From: a virus
Taxonomy: Duplodnaviria; Caudoviricetes
Virus record (IMG/VR): IMGVR_UViG_3300009163_002034
Location: 1 to 56,346 of that record
Reading direction: 5' to 3' (one strand)
Length of the DNA: 56,346 nt
In this document: in pieces, positions 49,592 to 56,198 of the stretch
Layout of the letters: every line of letters starts with the position of its first letter
Numbering within the stretch: the stretch's first letter is position 1
Made by a program: the position numbers and the translations under genes
The notes under the pieces: generated by a model
Told to the model about the DNA's origin: nothing
What the model saw: the letters and a program-made list of their open reading frames with translations, nothing else
Database searches by the model: none

Positions 49592-50131
49592 TTATTCTAT
49601 ATATTTAGATAGTAATTTTTGTGCCTGCTTCATTGTAAGCCTATTGCCAGCTAAATCAGTAAGCACAAAACATAAACAATATCTATCTTCTTTTGGATTT
49701 ACTACTAAATGTGGTATACCTACTTGAATTAATGCACACCCTGTTACATTAGTAGCATGTACATGCGTAACTTCATTGAGAGAAAATTCAAGATATTCGG
49801 TATCAGCCATTGTTACTTTTACTTGTTTTTTATTTACGGAGTCATTAATAGTAAACCAAAGCATTTTACTATTTTTTCCCTTATATATCCAATTAATCTT
49901 AGTGAAGTCACCGGATAAGTTGTCAGCGTGAATGGTTCCTTGTTGTCCGGGCTTTCTATAGAACAATTCAATCCAAGATACTTTTATTCCTAAATTAAAT
50001 AACAACTCTTTTATTTCGAGATTTATTTCATCTAGACTAATGGATGTGTGATGTTCTGTTATTTTTGTGATATCATACATTTCTCTCATAGGTGAAATGT
50101 ACAATGTCAATGGGTTGCAATAAGGATTCAT
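49592..50131 (-). CDS. 2OG-Fe(II)/cupin-like oxygenase
   Basis: IHAD..IPHLVVN..RYCL; TAAATA 5 nt before ATG. Confidence 0.65.
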   Translation of the reverse strand: MNPYCNPLTLYISPMREMYDITKITEHHTSISLDEINLEIKELLFNLGIKVSWIELFYRKPGQQGTIHADNLSGDFTKINWIYKGKNSKMLWFTINDSVNKKQVKVTMADTEYLEFSLNEVTHVHATNVTGCALIQVGIPHLVVNPKEDRYCLCFVLTDLAGNRLTMKQAQKLLSKYIE

Positions 50132-50155
50132 ATATATATTTAGTAATTAGTTTTT

Positions 50156-50232
50156 GCGACCGTAACTCAGTTGGATAGAGTACCAGGCTACGAACTTGGG
50201 AGTCGGGAGTTCGAATCTCTCCGGTCGCACCA
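50156..50232 (+). tRNA. tRNA-Arg(ACG)
   Basis: CCAGG-CTACGAA-CTTGG; canonical cloverleaf. Confidence 0.93.
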
Positions 50233-50274
50233 ATTTTAAATTTCGTGTCCTTTGTTGACGCTTAATTACATAAT

Positions 50275-50856
50275 TTATTTATTTTGCACTAATTTTTGTA
50301 TTGTGACTAATAGTTCGTTGTAGTTAGACGGCTTGGGTACAATATAATAACTAGCATCATCAATAGTAGGCAAGTCTTCATAGTACAAGTCTAGATCAAA
50401 ACTAACGGCCGCGTGATCTAATTTATAGTTTGCATATTTAAGAAATGCAATATACTGTTTAATTTTTGCAATATTAATGGATACAGTATCAACAAGAGTT
50501 GATTCTTCTTTATTAAAATGCCATTTATAATTTCGTTCATGTGCAATATACCAACTTGCAACTTGTTTAATAAAATCTTTTCTTCTAATTCTTATTTTAT
50601 ATGCCTCACGTAGTAAATATATGGATGCTTCTGTTCCGTATCTATGTAGGTATACAAAATGACATTTAAGAATAAAATCTTTTGAATGCTTAATATAGTT
50701 TAAAAAATTATTAATTTCTTGTTGGCCTGTGTAATCAGGTTCTACAAAATAAGGAATATCTTTTTCATATAACGATTTTATGTACTTACCTAACACAGTA
50801 CTACCTGTTCTGGGAGTTGACAGTATTAGAATAGGTGTTTTTGTTATTGTAAACAT
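50275..50856 (-). CDS. Sulfotransferase-like protein (Stf0-type)
   Basis: STPRTGST, QVASW, YYEDL. Confidence 0.7.
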   Translation of the reverse strand: MFTITKTPILILSTPRTGSTVLGKYIKSLYEKDIPYFVEPDYTGQQEINNFLNYIKHSKDFILKCHFVYLHRYGTEASIYLLREAYKIRIRRKDFIKQVASWYIAHERNYKWHFNKEESTLVDTVSINIAKIKQYIAFLKYANYKLDHAAVSFDLDLYYEDLPTIDDASYYIVPKPSNYNELLVTIQKLVQNK

Positions 50857-50877
50857 ATGATATTTAGTTAGTCATTT

Positions 50878-50952
50878 GTTCTACTAATATAAAGGCTATT
50901 ATACCTGTTTTGTAATCAGGTTATGGCGGTTTGAATCTCTTAGGTCGCACCA
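50878..50952 (+). pseudogene. Chimeric pseudo-tRNA (Thr-TGT body with Arg-ACG 3' end)
   Basis: CCTGT-TTTGTAA-TCAGG arm; acceptor and T stems do not pair; 3' end GAATCTCT..GGTCGCACCA matches tRNA-Arg 50156-50232. Confidence 0.65.
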
Positions 50953-50956
50953 AAGT

Positions 50957-50985
50957 TTGACAATAAATCACAATTGTGATACAAT
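50957..50985 (+). promoter_or_regulatory. Sigma70-type promoter with palindromic spacer
   Basis: TTGACA-ATAAATCACAATTGTGA-TACAAT. Confidence 0.7.
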
Positions 50986-51007
50986 ACATTTTTAAAAGGA
51001 GAACGAC

Positions 51008-51031
51008 ATGAAACGTTCAGGTAAACGATAG
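51008..51031 (+). CDS. Minigene MKRSGKR followed by a 15-bp hairpin (51031-51071)
   Basis: AAAGGAG RBS 6 nt upstream; own promoter; TAG overlaps the hairpin base. Confidence 0.55.
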   Translation: MKRSGKR

Positions 51032-51096
51032 TGTCATTCTTAGACTTCCAAGTATGGTCTAGGGATGGCACATTAAAGAAAATTTAATACTGCTAT

Positions 51097-51170
51097 CCCT
51101 CACAAACATTAAGGTGATGTAACCGGCTCTTAACCGGTAAAACACGGATCGTTACCGTGGTGTGGGACCA
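51097..51170 (+). tRNA. tRNA-Lys(CTT), divergent
   Basis: ACCGG-CTCTTAA-CCGGT; T-loop ATCGTTA; ACCA. Confidence 0.75.
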
Positions 51171-51175
51171 TATTT

Positions 51176-51252
51176 GGGTTCATAGTTTAACGGCTAAAAC
51201 ATCAGACTTTTAATCTGTAAGACTCCCGGTTCGAATCCGGGTGGACTCACCA
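51176..51252 (+). tRNA. tRNA-Lys(TTT)
   Basis: TCAGA-CTTTTAA-TCTGT; ACCA. Confidence 0.88.
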
Positions 51253-51334
51253 TATAAAAACACATTATAAAACGGGTTCGATTCCCTGCTAATAAAATAG
51301 TCTGGTGACGGAAGCTAGTGTGTTTCTATATGGT
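51249..51334 (+). ncRNA. Long-stem RNA enclosing a T-loop (tRNA/Y-RNA-like), copy B
   Basis: ACCATATA-A-AAACACATTA / TAGTGTGTTT-C-TATATGGT stem; inner GGGTTCGATTCCC. Confidence 0.6.
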
Positions 51335-51440
51335 TAGTAGCAAAAGATGGGACTGAAACAGGACTGTTAGTCACAGCCTATGTCAGTTACCGGGGTGTGC
51401 GAAGTCGCAAGAGTAGGCCTGACCGCTAGAGGGTAGCGAC

Positions 51441-51541
51441 ACCATATAAAAACATACTCAGATCAATGGCCATTGTTTTGTTGGTATAGCCTTGTTGAAC
51501 GAGGTGACAGGTTCGATTCCTGGAGTGTGTTTCTATATGGT
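51441..51541 (+). ncRNA. Long-stem RNA enclosing a T-loop (tRNA/Y-RNA-like), copy C
   Basis: ACCATATA-A-AAACATACTC / GAGTGTGTTT-C-TATATGGT stem; inner CAGGTTCGATTCCTG. Confidence 0.6.
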
Positions 51542-52084
51542 ATAGCTGAACAATATACTATATCTATCATGGTCAGATGAGTTTCCACCTGAGTGCCATG
51601 TGTTATGTGCATTAGCCATAACCCATCCTTCTCCAAATGATGAAGGTACATATTGTGGATTCAGCATATTTTCTGTATCATATAGTACAGTGTTTTGTTT
51701 AATATCATTCACTGGGTTCAAGAAAATCATCCCAACTATTACAATTTGTCTACTATCAAGGTGGGGTGTAAGAGAAAATTTAGGTTTATCAAGATGTAAA
51801 GAACAATCGAACTTACATTTTTTTTTAAGTTCTTCCTTAGATACATTATTCCACAACTTTTGAAAATCTTTTATTTCATAAAATTTATCTATGAAAGAGT
51901 AGTCAACTATTAGTTGTCTTATTTCACTAAGAATTTTGGTGGTTATTGCAGAATTATAACGATAAGGATGAATTTCATTAAACTCACATGTGTTTAGCTC
52001 ATTTAAAACTTCTTCATATGTGTATGGCATGTCTAAATGTACTAACTGAGTATATTGCTTAATTTTAGTTGTTGCGAGTATCAT
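51533..52084 (-). CDS. 2OG-Fe(II) oxygenase (prolyl 4-hydroxylase-like)
   Basis: LTPHLDS..NTWHSG..DRYS; start reassigned to ATG 52084 behind TAAATA. Confidence 0.75.
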   Translation of the reverse strand: MILATTKIKQYTQLVHLDMPYTYEEVLNELNTCEFNEIHPYRYNSAITTKILSEIRQLIVDYSFIDKFYEIKDFQKLWNNVSKEELKKKCKFDCSLHLDKPKFSLTPHLDSRQIVIVGMIFLNPVNDIKQNTVLYDTENMLNPQYVPSSFGEGWVMANAHNTWHSGGNSSDHDRYSILFSYTI

Positions 52085-52108
52085 AATGTATTTATTAATA
52101 AATACTAT

Positions 52109-52297
52109 ATGATAGTTCAATCAATACACAGCACAATGAGTGTTACTCGTACAGGTTATAAAAACACTGTATACACTACACTTGAAGACCCTGTAACTCA
52201 CAAAAAAGTTATAGAAGTTGTAGAACACCTTTATGATAAGACGGGTAAAGTAGAACCCTCTAACACTAAAGGTCGTCACGTAGATACAAAAATATAA
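52109..52297 (+). CDS. Small hypothetical protein
   Basis: ATG 4 nt after TAAATA; ends YDKTG..KGRHVD. Confidence 0.55.
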   Translation: MIVQSIHSTMSVTRTGYKNTVYTTLEDPVTHKKVIEVVEHLYDKTGKVEPSNTKGRHVDTKI

Positions 52298-52299
52298 TT

Positions 52300-52377
52300 G
52301 CCCCGATAACCCAATTGGAATGAGGTGTCTCTCTCAAAAGGAGAATCGTGTCGGTTCGAATCCGACTCGGGGTACCA
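52300..52377 (+). tRNA. tRNA-Leu(CAA) without long variable arm
   Basis: TCTCT-CTCAAAA-GGAGA; ACCA. Confidence 0.8.
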
Positions 52378-52382
52378 GTTTT

Positions 52383-52520
52383 GGGATAGACGGTAAGATA
52401 GAGTCCCTAGTAATCTAGCACAGTTTAGGTTGGCTGTGTGACACCGCACACGATTACATGGTAGTATAAACTCTCTTATTCGAGACATACTAGTATAAAG
52501 TACTTCATACTAGTTCCCGC
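52383..52520 (+). ncRNA. Possible structured ncRNA
   Basis: Non-coding; hairpins TGTGTG..CGCACA, ACTAGTAT..ATACTAGT, TCTC..GAGA; ends before a T-run. Confidence 0.4.
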
Positions 52521-52528
52521 TTTTTAAT

Positions 52529-52604
52529 GCCAAGATAGCTCATCAGGTAGAGCACTAGTTTGAAGCACTAGGTGTGGTTGGTTCGAGTCCAACTCTTGGT
52601 ACCA
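52529..52604 (+). tRNA. tRNA-Phe(GAA)
   Basis: CTAGT-TTGAAGC-ACTAG; ACCA. Confidence 0.88.
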
Positions 52605-52611
52605 AACAAAT

Positions 52612-52706
52612 GGAAAGTAATGCAGTCGGGATGGTCCGGCGACTAGTCTTGAAAACTAGGTTCTCATGAAGAATGGGATGGGGTTCGACTCCTCTGCTTT
52701 CCTCCA
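52612..52706 (+). tRNA. tRNA-Ser(TGA), apparent 8/4 cloverleaf
   Basis: GGAAAGTA/TGCTTTCC 8-bp acceptor, GGGG/CCTC 4-bp T stem, CTAGT-CTTGAAA-ACTAG, long variable arm. Confidence 0.75.
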
Positions 52707-52712
52707 AACAAC

Positions 52713-52787
52713 GGTGATATAGCACAGCGGTAGTGCATCTGCTTCATACGCAGCCGGTCGTTAGTTCGAATCTAACTATCACCACCA
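52713..52787 (+). tRNA. tRNA-Met(CAT) (Ile2 not excluded)
   Basis: CTGC-TTCATAC-GCAG; ACCA. Confidence 0.82.
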
Positions 52788-52806
52788 AACTAAATATAAA
52801 TACAAA

Positions 52807-53352
52807 ATGCAATACTATAAAGAACTAGATGTTGATAATTACGATAGCATTATATCTAACACGTTAAATTTTATAAAAGAAAAAACAAATCTGTTAGAGA
52901 TACCTACTACAAATAATTGGCACAACATATCATTCAATGAATACATTAAATATGTGCCTGAATTAAAAACTGCATTCTTAAAATATGATGGATTAGTTCC
53001 TACTAGGGTACATCTATTCGTAGTATATTACAATAACGCACAGCGTATACATAAAGATACCGACTCATTAACTGCTAGAATTAATTTTCCTATACTCAAT
53101 TGCAAAGATACATTTACTAACTTTTATAAAAATGTAGTGTTTAATAAAATGCTCAATCCTAGCAACAATATTGAATATTATATAGCAACAAATACAGACT
53201 ATGAATTTATGGATGGGGTTGAAATAAAAAAAGCAACATTGATTAGAGTACAGGAAGCACATTGTGTTGTTGTTCCACATGATTTCATCGCACCAAGAAT
53301 AACAATGACTGTTGGGTTTGATAAAGACCCTGTATTTTTATTTGACAATTAA
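52807..53352 (+). CDS. 2OG-Fe(II)/cupin-like oxygenase
   Basis: IHKD..ARINFPI..AHCV..PRIT; paralogue of 35449. Confidence 0.65.
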   Translation: MQYYKELDVDNYDSIISNTLNFIKEKTNLLEIPTTNNWHNISFNEYIKYVPELKTAFLKYDGLVPTRVHLFVVYYNNAQRIHKDTDSLTARINFPILNCKDTFTNFYKNVVFNKMLNPSNNIEYYIATNTDYEFMDGVEIKKATLIRVQEAHCVVVPHDFIAPRITMTVGFDKDPVFLFDN

Positions 53353-53364
53353 GACTTTTTAGGT

Positions 53365-53437
53365 GTGACCTTAGTGTAGCGGCAGCACCCCAGATTGTGA
53401 TTCTGTTAGTACGGGTTCGACCCCCGTAGGTCACCCC
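53365..53437 (+). tRNA. tRNA-His(GTG), no encoded CCA, acceptor stem extended by flanking inverted repeat
   Basis: CAGA-TTGTGAT-TCTG; C discriminator; flanks ACTTTTTAGG / CCTAAAAAGT. Confidence 0.8.
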
Positions 53438-53449
53438 TAAAAAGTTTAT

Positions 53450-53526
53450 AGCCTCATAGCTCAGTTGGTTAGAGCAATGTGTTGATAACGCATAGGTCCT
53501 GTGTTCGAGTCACAGTGAGGCTACCA
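53450..53526 (+). tRNA. tRNA-Ile(GAT)
   Basis: ATGTG-TTGATAA-CGCAT; ACCA. Confidence 0.9.
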
Positions 53527-53531
53527 TTTAT

Positions 53532-53564
53532 ACCCCTTTCGCCAAGTTGGTCTAAGGCATCGGC
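53532..53564 (+). pseudogene. 5' half of a disrupted Gln-type tRNA
   Basis: ACCCCTT-TC-GCC-AAGTTGGTCTAA-GGC-A-TCGG; acceptor strand complements 54222-54228. Confidence 0.7.
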
Positions 53565-53586
53565 ACTTATTGGACTAAATAAGTAT

Positions 53587-54123
53587 ATGATTACTGAACA
53601 ACTTATTAGACCGTTATTTGAACAAGGCTTGAGGAATAAAGAGATTCAAGAATTATTGAATGTCTCAAGTTATGTTGTTTCGCATTGGCGTAAAAAGTTA
53701 GGATTCCCTAGGACATTCAAAATAAATGAGACTAGAGACTATGACTGGAAAGCAATACAAGAGGATCACAATAATGGCATGTCTGAAACAAAATTATCAA
53801 AGAAATATGGTATTTCAACGCGGACCATTTATGATGCTAAAAAAGATGGTAGATTAATACCAAGAGAGTATCAGCGTAAGTGGCGCACACATAAACAGAT
53901 ACGTGCCACTGTCAATGAGGCAAACGCTAGATATAGAGCAAGAATGAAGGCACAAGTAGTGCCCGGAGAAGATATTCAACCCATTCAGGACTTTTATGCT
54001 AATTGTCCTGAGGGTTATGAAGTAGACCATATCATTCCTTTAAGTAAGGGTGGTCTACATAGTTTGTCTAATTTACAGTATCTAACGATAACTGAGAATA
54101 GGAAAAAATCAAACAAAATATAG
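53587..54123 (+). CDS. HNH homing endonuclease with N-terminal HTH repeats
   Basis: YEVDHIIPLSKGGLHSLSNLQYLTITENRKK; ATG 5 nt after TAAATA. Confidence 0.85.
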   Translation: MITEQLIRPLFEQGLRNKEIQELLNVSSYVVSHWRKKLGFPRTFKINETRDYDWKAIQEDHNNGMSETKLSKKYGISTRTIYDAKKDGRLIPREYQRKWRTHKQIRATVNEANARYRARMKAQVVPGEDIQPIQDFYANCPEGYEVDHIIPLSKGGLHSLSNLQYLTITENRKKSNKI

Positions 54124-54196
54124 GGGATTCGCCAAGCGGTACGGCATCTGATTTTGATTCAGACATGCGGTGGTTCGATTCCATCATCCCCTGCCA
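54122..54196 (+). tRNA. tRNA-Gln(TTG), overlapping the HNH stop codon
   Basis: AGGGGAT/ATCCCCT, TCTGA-TTTTGAT-TCAGA, GCCA. Confidence 0.9.
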
Positions 54197-54197
54197 A

Positions 54198-54232
54198 ATA
54201 CCCCGGTGGTTCGAGTCCATCAGGGGGTGCCA
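54198..54232 (+). pseudogene. 3' half of the disrupted Gln-type tRNA
   Basis: GGTGG-TTCGAGT-CCATC-AGGGGGT-GCCA. Confidence 0.7.
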
Positions 54233-54237
54233 CATAT

Positions 54238-54357
54238 GACGCTGTAGCTCAATGGTAGAGCACTTAGAAAAGATATCCTGTCAAGGATACAAACAGCAAA
54301 TAACTTCATTCCATGTTAAGGAAGTGGTTGTAGGTTCGAGTCCTGCCAGCGTCACCA
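54238..54357 (+). tRNA. tRNA-like gene with about 56 nt in place of the anticodon loop (identity unclear)
   Basis: GACGCTG/CAGCGTC acceptor, canonical D and T arms, ACCA; insert contains TATCCT-GTCA-AGGATA-CAAACAGCAAA. Confidence 0.7.
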
Positions 54358-54363
54358 AATTTA

Positions 54364-54438
54364 GGATGATTATTTCAGCGGTAGAATACTTCCGTGACAA
54401 GGAAGAGGTCAGTGGTTCGATCCCACTATCATCCACCA
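54364..54438 (+). tRNA. tRNA-Val(GAC)
   Basis: CTTCC-GTGACAA-GGAAG; ACCA. Confidence 0.88.
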
Positions 54439-54452
54439 GACATAAATATAAC

Positions 54453-54983
54453 ATGTTTATAAAACTTAACAAAAATATTCATATACCTGAATATTCAGCA
54501 AAAACTAGTATAATAGGATACGCTAATAAAATTAAATACTCAACTGTATCTGTTCCATTTAATGATATTTTCTCTCTAGTGCCCAAAATATATAGAGATA
54601 AGTTCCTAATATATGTTATGGAAATAACCGGATCAATAGGACCGCACACTGACAGTGAAATATTAAGTACTATCAATATCTATGTCAACCCTGATAATTG
54701 TACTACAAAGTTTTTTGATATTCCAAAAGACTCTATAATTGATACAGTGCAGGTAAAAAATCAAACTAATGGTAAGGTATTTAAGGCATCACAATTATCA
54801 TTGTATGGTTCATTTATCGCAAAAACAGATGAAGCGTGGTTGTTAGATGTAACAAACCCGCATAGTGTAACTTCAAATAAAATTGATTCTTCGTTGATTA
54901 ATAGGACTGCAATAGTTCTGCAAACAAAATTTTATTCTTTTGAACAAGTACAAGAGATGCTTAAAGAAACCGGCTATTTATAA
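54453..54983 (+). CDS. 2OG-Fe(II)/cupin-like oxygenase
   Basis: PHTDS..LLDVTNPHSV..RTA; start reassigned to ATG 54453. Confidence 0.65.
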   Translation: MFIKLNKNIHIPEYSAKTSIIGYANKIKYSTVSVPFNDIFSLVPKIYRDKFLIYVMEITGSIGPHTDSEILSTINIYVNPDNCTTKFFDIPKDSIIDTVQVKNQTNGKVFKASQLSLYGSFIAKTDEAWLLDVTNPHSVTSNKIDSSLINRTAIVLQTKFYSFEQVQEMLKETGYL

Positions 54984-54984
54984 A

Positions 54985-55058
54985 GCCAACATAGCTCCAA
55001 TGGTAGAGCAGTATGCTGAAAATTCATGTATTGCTGGTTCTAGTCAAAGTTGGCACCA
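54985..55058 (+). pseudogene. Degenerate tRNA (GAA, Phe-like)
   Basis: GCCAAC/GTTGGC acceptor and D arm intact; anticodon and T stems broken. Confidence 0.55.
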
Positions 55059-55064
55059 AACAAT

Positions 55065-55139
55065 CTCGCTGTAGTTCAAAGGATAGAATAGAAGTTTCCT
55101 AAACTTTTGATCCAAGTTCAATTCTTGGTGGCGAGACCA
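55065..55139 (+). tRNA. tRNA-Arg(CCT)
   Basis: GAAGT-TTCCTAA-ACTTT; ACCA. Confidence 0.85.
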
Positions 55140-55142
55140 TAA

Positions 55143-55171
55143 TTGACAACAGATCATTTTCCAATTATAAT
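55143..55171 (+). promoter_or_regulatory. Sigma70-type promoter
   Basis: TTGACA-N17-TATAAT. Confidence 0.75.
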
Positions 55172-55179
55172 AACACAAC

Positions 55180-55254
55180 GGGTCATTAGCTCAGTGGAAG
55201 AGTTCTGGTCTTCGAAACCAGCTGTCGGGAGTTCGAATCTCTCATGACCCACCA
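55180..55254 (+). tRNA. tRNA-Arg(TCG)
   Basis: CTGGT-CTTCGAA-ACCAG; ACCA. Confidence 0.88.
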
Positions 55255-55297
55255 ACAAGGCATTAAATACATATAGACAGTAACAAAGGAGTATACT

Positions 55298-55858
55298 ATG
55301 GCTGTTCTAGCATTAGACATTTCAGGAGTTCCCCGGCAGTGGATCTCATACGATGACGCAATCGCCTACCACGCAACCGACTCAGTAGCATGGAGTATGG
55401 GTGAAGTTGTGGCCAAGTACAGAGGTGGCGTTCAACATGATGGAACATTAAGCTACCTAGAATCTCCTTCAATCATTGCGATTAAAGGACATAGCTTTAA
55501 CCCACACAAGCACACGCACGTGGCATTGACCAACAGAACGTTGTTTGGTCGTGACCGTTATGTTTGTGCTTACTGCGGCGGACACTTTCCTAACTATAAC
55601 AATCTAAGTCGTGACCACATTGTACCTAAGTTTTTAGGTGGTGAAAACACTTGGATGAATGTAGTTACAGCGTGTAAAGAATGCAACAGTGACAAAGGTC
55701 ATAAGACATTGAAAGAAGCACGTATGGAATTGTTGTACACACCTTATGCACTTAACCACTACGAAAATATGATTCTACAACATAGAACCATTCTTGCAGA
55801 CCAAATGGAATACTTGTTAGCAGGTGTCCCAAAACATAGTAGAATTTTATTGTCATAG
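55298..55858 (+). CDS. HNH endonuclease (McrA-like HNH family)
   Basis: LFGRDRYVCAYCG..SRDHIVP..GG..WMNVVTACKECNSDKG; AAGGAG RBS. Confidence 0.9.
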   Translation: MAVLALDISGVPRQWISYDDAIAYHATDSVAWSMGEVVAKYRGGVQHDGTLSYLESPSIIAIKGHSFNPHKHTHVALTNRTLFGRDRYVCAYCGGHFPNYNNLSRDHIVPKFLGGENTWMNVVTACKECNSDKGHKTLKEARMELLYTPYALNHYENMILQHRTILADQMEYLLAGVPKHSRILLS

Positions 55859-55887
55859 TATATAATACTATTAAATAAAATACATAT

Positions 55888-55963
55888 TCCTTGATAGCTC
55901 AGTCGGTAGAGCAAAGCACTGTTAATGCTTGGGTCACACGTTCGAACCGTGTTCGAGGAGCCA
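55888..55963 (+). tRNA. tRNA-Asn(GTT)
   Basis: AAGCA-CTGTTAA-TGCTT; GCCA. Confidence 0.9.
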
Positions 55964-55970
55964 CTTATCC

Positions 55971-56044
55971 GCCCTACTAGTACAATGGTAGTACACTGGT
56001 TTTGTAATCCTGTGATGGCAGTTCGATTCTGTCGTGGGGCACCA
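55971..56044 (+). tRNA. tRNA-Thr(TGT)
   Basis: TTTGTAA loop, weak anticodon stem; ACCA. Confidence 0.75.
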
Positions 56045-56067
56045 CATATCTTTGTTAAACAATCTGC

Positions 56068-56096
56068 TTGACAACAAATCAACAATCTGCTATAAT
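56068..56096 (+). promoter_or_regulatory. Sigma70-type promoter
   Basis: TTGACA-N17-TATAAT with TG extension. Confidence 0.8.
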
Positions 56097-56117
56097 AGAA
56101 GCAAGTAAGAAATATAT

Positions 56118-56192
56118 CTGGCGTTCGTTCAACGGATAGGACAACATTCTTCTAAAGTGTTTATAGGGGTTCGATTCCCTTACGCCGGACCA
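56118..56192 (+). tRNA. tRNA-Arg(TCT)
   Basis: ACATT-CTTCTAA-AGTGT; ACCA. Confidence 0.88.
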
Positions 56193-56198
56193 ATAACA

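Noticed and set aside
52612-52706. tRNA-Sec or opal suppressor
   Set aside because: Anticodon is TGA (reads UCA, Ser), not TCA.
53532-54232. Group I intron in a tRNA
   Set aside because: Insert is fully occupied by promoter, HNH ORF and a tRNA; no room for a catalytic core, and the outer anticodon loop is missing.
48441-56085. ORF-track entries overlapping tRNAs (48441-, 49067-, 49075+, 52276-, 55759-; 5' extensions of 53479 and 54252)
   Set aside because: Coincide with tRNA or ncRNA genes; true starts reassigned to 53587 and 54453.
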